Shown: positions 1 to 7,301 of the stretch, one piece after another
Layout: each line of letters opens with the position of its first letter
How positions within the stretch are numbered: the first letter of the stretch is position 1
Assembly: GCA_039798785.1 (NCBI GenBank)
Contig: JBDKFG010000003.1
Coordinates: forward strand, 1 to 64,000
DNA: 64,000 bases
Reading direction: 5' to 3'
Source: Verrucomicrobiota bacterium
Lineage (GTDB): Bacteria; Verrucomicrobiota; Lentisphaeria; Lentisphaerales; Lentisphaeraceae
Translations under genes and position numbers: made by a program
The notes under the pieces: model-generated
What the model saw: the letters and a program-made list of their open reading frames with translations, nothing else
Database searches by the model: none
Told to the model about the DNA's origin: nothing

Positions 1-259
1 CAAGAAGGCCGCTGCTCCTGCCAAGAAGGCCGCTGCTCCTGCCAAGAAGGCCGCTGCTCCTGCCAAGAAGGCCGCTGCTCCTGCCAAGAAGGCCGCTGCC
101 CCCGCCAAGAAGGCCGCTGCTCCTGCCAAGAAGGCCGCTGCTCCTGCCAAGAAGGCCGCTGCTCCTGCCAAGAAGGCCGCTGCTCCCGCCAAAAAGGCCG
201 CTGCTCCTGCCAAGAAGGCCGCTGCTCCCGCCAAGAAGGCTGTGAAAGGCAAGAAGTGA
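1..259 (+). CDS. 3' end of a Lys/Ala/Pro-rich histone H1-like protein (KKAAAPA repeats); 5' part lies outside the window
   Basis: Frame from position 2 reads (KKAAAPA)x11-KKAVKGKK-stop (TGA 257-259), followed by a terminator. Confidence 0.8.
   Translation, partial: KKAAAPAKKAAAPAKKAAAPAKKAAAPAKKAAAPAKKAAAPAKKAAAPAKKAAAPAKKAAAPAKKAAAPAKKAAAPAKKAVKGKK
2..232 (+). repeat. 21-bp coding tandem repeat AAGAAGGCCGCTGCTCCTGCC, 11 copies
   Basis: Read directly; only a few synonymous variants. Confidence 0.95.
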
Positions 260-277
260 GCCTTCCACCTTGAAGGT

Positions 278-311
278 CAAAACGCCGCCGGAGAGATCCG
301 GCGGCGTTTTG
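278..311 (+). terminator. Intrinsic, probably bidirectional, terminator
   Basis: CAAAACGCCGCCGGA-GAGA-TCCGGCGGCGTTTTG perfect stem. Confidence 0.85.
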
Positions 312-354
312 CTTCCGGGAGGTTAGATTCTGCAGATATCCAGGAGGCTAGAAC

Positions 355-663
355 ATGACACCCAAAGCCGATCGTCAATACTTGAATCATTCTATTCAGC
401 TTCAAGGCCTCTCAATGGAATATGTCCCAAGTCGTGATGTGCAGGATCATCTTTTTGCCGGCGAAAAGATCGCGGCGATCAAGCAGTTGCGCGAGGAGAC
501 GGGGCTGGGGTTGAAGGAGTCCAAGGATCTGGTCGAGGTCATCGATGCCCAAATGCGGCAGGAATTTCCAGCAGTCCAGTTTCAGCCTCGTTCTGGAGGC
601 TGTCTGACCATGGGGTTGCTTCTCCTGGGGGCTGGCCTTGCCTGCTTCAGCCGTCTTTTCTGA
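355..663 (+). CDS. Small protein with a ribosomal L7/L12 C-terminal-like domain and a C-terminal hydrophobic segment (start may be 415)
   Basis: EKIAAIKQLREETGLGLKESKDLVE motif; lacks the L7/L12 N-terminal domain, so not rplL. Confidence 0.75.
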   Translation: MTPKADRQYLNHSIQLQGLSMEYVPSRDVQDHLFAGEKIAAIKQLREETGLGLKESKDLVEVIDAQMRQEFPAVQFQPRSGGCLTMGLLLLGAGLACFSRLF

Positions 664-667
664 AGCC

Positions 668-1477
668 ATGGAGCTGCCTGCCACCGGTTACCCTAAATTC
701 CGCAGCAGCGGAATGGAACCGGGTTGAAAGGTTGCGTTCTGTGCAACTCCGACTCAACTTGGATTCCGAAGCTGAGCTTGGGCTCAGCTCGGGAATCCGA
801 TTCAAGATTCAAAATTCAAGATTCAACAGAACGCGAACAAAATCAAAAATTTAACATCCAAGACTGAAGGCTGACTCACAGCTTCAACTTCGGAATCGAG
901 GCTCAATCTAGCGCAGCTCATTTTTAACCGCAGAAAACGCAGAATTAACGAGGGAGGCGGGAATGAGCAAAAAGCTTGTCAGAATACCCGTGATGCCATG
1001 CTCAGGAATCCCAACTCCATTCTGCGTTCTTCTGCGTCTTCTGCGGTTACCTGAGCTAGATTGCGGCTTATACAGGTCGAAAGGTTGGAAGGTTGAAAGG
1101 CAAATACATGAACAACAGTGACAAATGACGATACTAGTTCGACCTGCATGATTGCCAGCCGGAGGAGTTGCCGAGCGCCCTCGAACACCATAACCACTTG
1201 CTGTTGTAGCGGATCCTTTCAACCTTTGAACTTCCAACCTTTCAACTGCGGTTTTTAGGGTTACGCGATCTTCTCCTCCGGTGTTCCGGAAGAGACTCAT
1301 GAGGATTATCGGCGCGAGGCTGAGCGGCTGGCTCGCGAGGCCGGAAGTGCCTGTGTCCGACGTCTGTCGCGGCGTTCGCCGCTTTTGCGCCAGCTTGCTT
1401 CTGCGCCTGAGTTGCTGGCTCTCCTGCCTCCAGGCTTCCGGCCGGACGGCTCACGACGGAACAGATTGTTGTCCTGA
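668..1477 (+). pseudogene. Interrupted and truncated gene, resembling the N-terminus of a PhyH-like 2OG-Fe(II) dioxygenase
   Basis: Removing 691-1263 gives MELPATGYAIFSSGVPEETHEDYRREAERLAREAGSACVRRLSRRSPLLRQLASAPELLALLPPGFRP..., stop at 1475-1477. Family call is from memory. Confidence 0.55.
691..1260. mobile_element. 570-bp non-autonomous inverted-repeat element (MITE-like) with nested sub-elements
   Basis: TIRs CCCTAAATTCCGCAG / CTGCGGTTTTTAGGG (13/15); TTA on both flanks (688-690, 1261-1263); excision restores an ORF. Confidence 0.7.
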
Positions 1478-1781
1478 CTTCGGAGGGCGGGGAGATCTGC
1501 CCTTGCCGAGCTGGAGAGGTTCTGAAGATGTCGCCCCTGCTTTTGCATGCTTCCGGACGCTCGCAAACGCTTGGACATCGGCGCATCCTTCATTTTGAAT
1601 GCGCACCGGCAGGAGCGCTGACTAGGGCTTGCAGTCGAGCGAGTATGAGTGAAGGGCTATGGAGGTTTGGGGAGTTGATATGAATCATGGCGTTATCCTC
1701 GTGGAGGCTGCGGCCCGGGGGCAATTCGGGCCAACTTGCTGTTCTTCGCGTCTTCGTTCCTTCGAGTGCTACAGGTCGTTT

Positions 1782-2000
1782 TTTTTCGATCTGTGCAAGT
1801 CTTGAGATTCCCGTATCCTCTTGCCCCTGAGTGGTGTTCAGAGGTCATCCGCGACAATCACGCGCATTCTCCTCGCCCCGCTGGGGCTCCGGTCGATTAT
1901 CTTCCTTACCCAGGGTTTGCGACTCGTGCTCGTCGCTACACCCTGGGCTGACATCCGGCCGCCCCTCCAGGGCGCAATCAGACTTGCACAGGTCGAAATT
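1782..2000. repeat. REP-doublet-like element: inverted TTTCGAYCTGTGCAAGTC / GACTTGCACAGGTCGAAA arms around a palindromic core
   Basis: Arms recur at 29867-30027; core 1874-1974 recurs inverted at 17041-17138. Confidence 0.7.
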
Positions 2001-2085
2001 TTTCGTCCTGCCTGACGGAAAATGCGGCTCCACGGCGTATTCTGCGGAGATCGCAACATCAACAACGAAGACTCTCGAGGAAAAC

Positions 2086-2382
2086 ATGGAAGAACTCACC
2101 GGTAAACAGCGCCGTTATCTGCGCAGCCTTGGCAATCAGCTTCAGGAACGCGTCGTCTTCGGCCACGCCGGCTTCAGCGAAGGGCTGTTGGCTGAGCTGG
2201 AAAGATGGATCACTCTTGAAGAGTTGGTCAAGATCCGCATCCAGCCCAGCTCGGGCATCGACCGCCACGAAGGCGCTGAGGAGTTGTCTCTGCGCTTCGG
2301 CGCTCAGGTCGCCCAGGTCTTCGGCAATACCGTTCTCCTCTGGCGCCGCAACGAGGAGAAACCGGTGATCAAGCTCCCCTGA
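2086..2382 (+). CDS. yhbY: YhbY/CRM-domain RNA-binding protein
   Basis: LTGKQRRYLRSLG, EELVKIRI, QVFGNTVLLWR; GAGG RBS before ATG 2086. Confidence 0.9.
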   Translation: MEELTGKQRRYLRSLGNQLQERVVFGHAGFSEGLLAELERWITLEELVKIRIQPSSGIDRHEGAEELSLRFGAQVAQVFGNTVLLWRRNEEKPVIKLP

Positions 2383-2384
2383 GC

Positions 2385-3011
2385 ATGCTTGCCGACGCTT
2401 CCAATCAAGCGGCCCCGATGCGCCTGATCAAGCGTCTCGATCAGCCGGTCTGCACATGGGCCGGAGGAGACAGCATCCAGATCGCCATCTTTCCTGAAGA
2501 GGCGTCTCTCGCCAGACGCGATTTCGACTGGCGCGTCAGCACTGCCAGCATCCGCATCGACGCGTCTTTCACGCCCTACCCAGGCTTCCGGCGCATTCTC
2601 CTCCTTCTTCAGGGTGAGGGAGTCGCACTCGACATCGCCGGCCGCCGCGAAAACCTTGCCTGCCAGCTGCAGGCGATCGCATTCGACGGCGGCGATCCGG
2701 TCCGCGGAGCCCTCCTCGGAGGTGAGATTCGCGATTTCAACGTCATCAGCCGCAAGGGGTTGGATGCCGCCGTTCGAGTCCTCTCCGCCGGCACGGTCGC
2801 CCCCGCCAAGGACCTGGTGTTGCTTTGCGGAACCGGTCTGCCTTTTTCCCTGCATTCGTTCTCCGGCAGCTGCTTCGCCGGCGGCGATGACGCGGTCTCG
2901 CTGGCAGCCGGAGAAGAAGACGGGCTGGTCATCGAAGCCGACCCTGAAGCCCGCATCCTTGCCGTCTATATTTCCTCATCAAGCACTGACATCACCGGAG
3001 ACTCGCCATGA
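2385..3011 (+). CDS. hutD: HutD/Ves family protein
   Basis: WAGG, IAIFP, FDWRVSTASI, FTPYPGFRRIL, DFNVI motifs. Confidence 0.85.
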   Translation: MLADASNQAAPMRLIKRLDQPVCTWAGGDSIQIAIFPEEASLARRDFDWRVSTASIRIDASFTPYPGFRRILLLLQGEGVALDIAGRRENLACQLQAIAFDGGDPVRGALLGGEIRDFNVISRKGLDAAVRVLSAGTVAPAKDLVLLCGTGLPFSLHSFSGSCFAGGDDAVSLAAGEEDGLVIEADPEARILAVYISSSSTDITGDSP

Positions 3012-4393
3012 TCCTCGAAGGCCACTTCCAAAACCACGACTCATCTTTCGCCGGCCAGGTCCGCTGCTGCCCCTTGAGCGGTAGAATCGTCGACCTTGGC
3101 AAGAGCCTCGGCCCGGCCGACGCCGTCTTCCCTCCCTCCGCGATCATCTTCCCCGGCTTCGGCGACATCCACATCCACGCCCGCGAGGATGTCTCCTCCG
3201 GCCAGGTCTACAAGGAGGACTTCGCCAGCGCCGCCGCCGCCGCCATCCACGGCGGCTGCTGCCACGTCGCCGACATGCCCAACAACCCGGTGCCGCCGAT
3301 CGACGACGCCTCCTACGCCGCCAAGCTCGAACGCGCCGCCAAGGCCCCGGTCCACTTCACCCTCTACGCCGGCATCGGCCCGGGCACCAGCCCGCTGTCG
3401 CGCGATGTCCCCTACAAGGCCTTCATGGGCCCCTCGATCGGCGAACTCTTCTTCCGCAGCGTCGAAGAGCTCGAGAAGGCGATCTCTCGCTACCGCGGCT
3501 GCGCCGTCAGCTTCCACTGCGAAGATCCCTACGTCCTCGAATCGAGCACCGGCGCCGCCACCCACACCGCCCGGCGCCCCCGCGGCGGCGCCAACATGGC
3601 CACCGCCTTCGCCCTCCACCTGATCGAGAAATACGAACTGCGCGGCAAGCTCTGCCACTTCTCCACCGGCGACGGCCTCGACCTGGTCCGCGCCGCCAAG
3701 GAGCGCGGCGTCGACGTCAGCGTCGAAGTCACGCCGCAGCAGCTCTACTGGGACGAGTCGCTGCTCACCGCCGACAACAAGCCCTGGCTGCAGATGAACC
3801 CCGCCTTCCAGGGACCGCAGGACCGCCGCGCCCTGATCGCCGGACTGAAGGACGGCACGGTCGACTTCCTCGCCACAGACCACGCGCCGCACCGCATCTT
3901 CGAGAAGCTCGGCGCCTACCTCAGCCCCGAGCTCAAGGCCCGCTGCCACGGCAAGAAGTCCTTCTCGCTCGAAGAGGCCGCCGAGCTCGACGCCCTGGCC
4001 CTCGCCGAGTTCGAAGCGATGAAGAAGGCCGACCCGGCCGAATTCGCCCGCCGCGCCGACTTAAACGGCCACTCCGGCACGCCCCAGCTCGACACCTACG
4101 GCGCGGTCTGCGCCTGGCTGATCAAGACCCAGGGCTTCTCCGCCGCCGACGTCGCCCGCGTCGCCGCCTGGAACCCCGGCCAGTTCGTCAACCAGTTCGC
4201 CGGCGTCGCGCCGCAGCCTTTCGGCAAGGTCGCCCCCGGCTACGCCGCCAGCTTCACCGTGCTCGATCTCGCCAAGCCGATCACCTTCGGCAACGCCATG
4301 GTCAAGTCGCGCTGCGCCTGGACGCCATTCGACGGCATCACCCTGCCTGGCTCGGTGTCAGCCGTCTACCATCTCACCAAGCGCCTCGCCTGA
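3008..4393 (+). CDS. Dihydroorotase-like cyclic amidohydrolase
   Basis: DIHIHARE, DMPNN, FHCED, CHFST, ATDHAPH, WTPFDG; ATGA overlap with hutD. Confidence 0.85.
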   Translation: MILEGHFQNHDSSFAGQVRCCPLSGRIVDLGKSLGPADAVFPPSAIIFPGFGDIHIHAREDVSSGQVYKEDFASAAAAAIHGGCCHVADMPNNPVPPIDDASYAAKLERAAKAPVHFTLYAGIGPGTSPLSRDVPYKAFMGPSIGELFFRSVEELEKAISRYRGCAVSFHCEDPYVLESSTGAATHTARRPRGGANMATAFALHLIEKYELRGKLCHFSTGDGLDLVRAAKERGVDVSVEVTPQQLYWDESLLTADNKPWLQMNPAFQGPQDRRALIAGLKDGTVDFLATDHAPHRIFEKLGAYLSPELKARCHGKKSFSLEEAAELDALALAEFEAMKKADPAEFARRADLNGHSGTPQLDTYGAVCAWLIKTQGFSAADVARVAAWNPGQFVNQFAGVAPQPFGKVAPGYAASFTVLDLAKPITFGNAMVKSRCAWTPFDGITLPGSVSAVYHLTKRLA

Positions 4394-4541
4394 AGAACGC
4401 GGAGGAGTTGAGCGCCGCGGAGCCCAGTTTCGCTGGGCTTCAGCCTTTCAACTTGTGGAGTTGGTTGATTGGCTCATAGACTGTGATTTCTGGTGCGAAA
4501 GAACGTCAGCCGGGCTCAAGCGGATTCCGCCTTTTGCCGTT

Positions 4542-5846
4542 TCATTTCGCCAAGTCGATGAGAGTCTGGCAAGCGGCTGGGGCCAGTGAGAAGGCGCCTT
4601 CGCTGATGGGGAAGGAGCTGCGCGACAGCTCGGAGCCGTCGCGTTGGTAAGAGATCAGCTCCGCTTCGTGGATGCGGGCTTTGACGCTGCCGTCCTTGAT
4701 TGATCGGCGCAGCTCGACATGGAGCTTGTCGGGTTTGCCGCAGGGAGCGATGAGGCGGCTGAGGTCGAGACCGATTTCGATGGCGCCTTCCTTGCCGCCG
4801 AGATAGGTGGTGGCGCCGAGAAAGGGCTGGGCCGAGAAGATCATCGGCTTGAAGACGGCTTTTTCACTTTCGCCTCCGGCCGGACGGGCGCCAAGCTCGA
4901 GGAGGACCTGGTCGCGTCGGCTGGATTCAATCTTGAGGCGCAGGGCGAGTCGAGGGGAGGCCTGGGCGACGCGCAGGATGGCGATTTCGCCGAGGTTGAT
5001 GCCTCCTTTCATGTATCCCTGAGCCAGGAGTCGGTAGGGAATGTAGCAGCGCCCTTCGTTGGCCCATTCGTAGCCCCAGGAGTTGCACATGATCAGGCAG
5101 CCCTTCTCCCAATCCATCATGTCGACGAGGCCGTCGCCGTTGATGTCGACGTCGTTGCTCACTCTGCCGTCGGCGTTGAAATCGTAGCCGACTTCGTCGT
5201 CGTAGCCGACGAAGGTCATGGCGTGGTGGTAATCGTTGCCGAAGGCGAGTATCATCTGGCGTCCGGCTTCGGGCAGGCCTTCGGGAATGATGGCGAATTT
5301 CAAGTTTTTCATCGGGGCGTGGAAATAGGCGAGGCCGCCGTGGAGGCGGTTCTGGCCTTCGTAGTTCCACAGCCATCGCTTCAGCCGGAGAAGTCCTTCC
5401 GGCTTGTCCCCCTTGAAGTACTCCCAGTCACGTACCCGGTTGCGGGCGGCCTCAAGGTAGCGGGGGTAGCCATCCATCCAGGCGCCGTTGAAGGAGAGGG
5501 GTTGTTCACCCCAGGTGCGGGAATCGGGGACGCCCATCTCTTGGGCCACCTTCCATCCGTCGTGGATCCAGGAGCCGACGTTCTTGCCGCCGTTGATGAA
5601 ATTGTAGGTGTAATGCTGAGGGAAGAGGTTGCGAGGGTCGGCAGAATCGCGGTCAAGGAGGCGGTTGGTCTCGTAGGTGAAGATGTAGCAGATGGCGCTC
5701 ATTTGCGAGCAGTTCTGGATCTGCCCCTGGTTGCTGATCGGCGGGAAGTAGCGGGATCGTGAATTGTCGACGCGGCTGGGCAATTCGACTTGCTGGGCGA
5801 CAAGCGGCAGGGCGGCGAGGATGACAGTGAGAATGAGGCGAATCAT
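4542..5846 (-). CDS. Secreted papain-like (C1A) cysteine protease
   Basis: Signal peptide; NQGQIQNC, HAMTFVGYDD, NSWG catalytic motifs. Confidence 0.85.
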   Translation of the reverse strand: MIRLILTVILAALPLVAQQVELPSRVDNSRSRYFPPISNQGQIQNCSQMSAICYIFTYETNRLLDRDSADPRNLFPQHYTYNFINGGKNVGSWIHDGWKVAQEMGVPDSRTWGEQPLSFNGAWMDGYPRYLEAARNRVRDWEYFKGDKPEGLLRLKRWLWNYEGQNRLHGGLAYFHAPMKNLKFAIIPEGLPEAGRQMILAFGNDYHHAMTFVGYDDEVGYDFNADGRVSNDVDINGDGLVDMMDWEKGCLIMCNSWGYEWANEGRCYIPYRLLAQGYMKGGINLGEIAILRVAQASPRLALRLKIESSRRDQVLLELGARPAGGESEKAVFKPMIFSAQPFLGATTYLGGKEGAIEIGLDLSRLIAPCGKPDKLHVELRRSIKDGSVKARIHEAELISYQRDGSELSRSSFPISEGAFSLAPAACQTLIDLAK

Positions 5847-5865
5847 AGAGGAGCTCCCTGGCACC

Positions 5866-6588
5866 TCAGACCCGGCTGGGGAGAGACTGTTCCCGCAGCA
5901 TGAAAGCCTCGCGCATCTCCTCGGCAGTCTCGCAGACCCTGAGGCCGTCAGCGAGGTCGGTCTGGCGCAGCATCAGTGCGAGGCGGGAGAGGATGCGCAG
6001 ATGCGAGACGTCGTCGCTGCAGCAGGGCATGAAGAAGATGTCGGTGAAGCGGCCGTCGAGGGCACCGAAGGGGATGCCGTGAGGAATCTTGCCGATGATC
6101 AGGAAGTCGCCGAAGAACAGGGTTTCGCTGTGAATCCGGGTGTGGGGAAAGGCGATGCCGTCGGCGATGCCGGTGGGGCAGACCTCTTCTCGTTCGAGGA
6201 GAAGCTTCAAGACTTCGTCCTCGTCGGCGGCAAGGCCGGTCTGGAAGGCGGCGCTGGCGAGGGCCTTGAGAACCTTGGCTTTGCTGCGTCCGTCGAGGAA
6301 GGGGATCAGCGAGCCTTCGACCAGGAGTTCGTGGAGTGGGCCTTGTCCGAGGGCGCAGTGCTGCCGCCGCCGGGCCTCCCGGTCGACTTTCGATGCATGC
6401 TCTTCGCCGGCCTTGGGGCAGAGAAGGCGGCTGACATTCCAGTCGCGAAGCTCGTTCTTGCGGAAGATCACCTGGCCGCGGCTGTGGTGAAAGGGGATGT
6501 CGCGCTTCGACACCAGGCGGTCCAGATCGGCCTTGCTGAGGTGGAGGTAGTCGCAGGCTTCGTCGAAGGAGAGGGTGGCGAAAGGCAT
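5866..6588 (-). CDS. PTS IIA (PtsN-like) protein with an N-terminal excisionase-type HTH
   Basis: LSFDEACDYLHLS...IPFH HTH; REEVCPTGIADGIAFPH phospho-His motif; HLRILSRLA. Confidence 0.9.
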   Translation of the reverse strand: MPFATLSFDEACDYLHLSKADLDRLVSKRDIPFHHSRGQVIFRKNELRDWNVSRLLCPKAGEEHASKVDREARRRQHCALGQGPLHELLVEGSLIPFLDGRSKAKVLKALASAAFQTGLAADEDEVLKLLLEREEVCPTGIADGIAFPHTRIHSETLFFGDFLIIGKIPHGIPFGALDGRFTDIFFMPCCSDDVSHLRILSRLALMLRQTDLADGLRVCETAEEMREAFMLREQSLPSRV

Positions 6589-6707
6589 CTAAGTCATTCC
6601 GGGGCTATGGCTTATTTTTAACAAATGGTTGGAAAATATTCCCTGCATCCCTTTTATTTCCAAGCAGGACATGCTAGAATTGATCAGGAACCCCAGGAAA
6701 CATCACC

Positions 6708-7073
6708 ATGAAAACCAGCAGTCTGCCCGTTTTCTTTGCCATTGCCGCCGCTCACGCCGTGGCCCTTGGTCTCGTTTATGTCGCCACCAGCGGTGAAAGC
6801 AAGACGAAACACGCCGATGTCGCTAGCTCGCCAAGCAAGACCGAGATCGTCAAGCCCGGAATCGAGCCGGTCAAGCTGAATACTGAGACGAAAGTCGCGG
6901 TCGCCAAGCCTGAAGCCCCCCAGTACGAAGTCTACAAGGTCAAGGCCGGTGACAACCTGTCGAAGATCGCCAAGGAACGGAAGATGAGCGTCGCAGCCCT
7001 CGCCAAGGCGAACAAGCTGACTACAACCGCTAGCCTGCAGGTCAATCAGCGACTCATCATCCCGATGAACTGA
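6708..7073 (+). CDS. Membrane-anchored LysM protein
   Basis: N-terminal hydrophobic segment; YKVKAGDNLSKIA...LAKAN...LQVNQRLIIP. Confidence 0.9.
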   Translation: MKTSSLPVFFAIAAAHAVALGLVYVATSGESKTKHADVASSPSKTEIVKPGIEPVKLNTETKVAVAKPEAPQYEVYKVKAGDNLSKIAKERKMSVAALAKANKLTTTASLQVNQRLIIPMN

Positions 7074-7101
7074 TCCTCAGTGCCCCATCCCCTTGAAAAA
7101 T

Positions 7102-7131
7102 GCGGACCGCCTCCCGGCGGTTCGCTTTTTT
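7102..7131 (+). terminator. Intrinsic terminator
   Basis: GCGGACCGCC-TCCC-GGCGGTTCGC followed by T6. Confidence 0.75.
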
Positions 7132-7301
7132 CAATCTGTGCAAGTCAACTTTCGTACTATGCTTTGCAGTTTGTCGTTGTCGGGAACTTGATCAGCTCGA
7201 CCGTTTTTTCATGGGCTTTAAGGGAAGCTGGGCAAGCATAGGCCTCAATGCTAACTTGCTACTCTCTGCCGACCCCCAGTAACTCCGGAGACCCCGTAAC
7301 G

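Noticed and set aside
1..232. Possible CRISPR or non-coding array
   Set aside because: No spacers; in-frame coding repeat with synonymous variation
355..663. rplL ribosomal protein gene
   Set aside because: Only a partial CTD motif, a TM tail, and no rplJ/rpoB context
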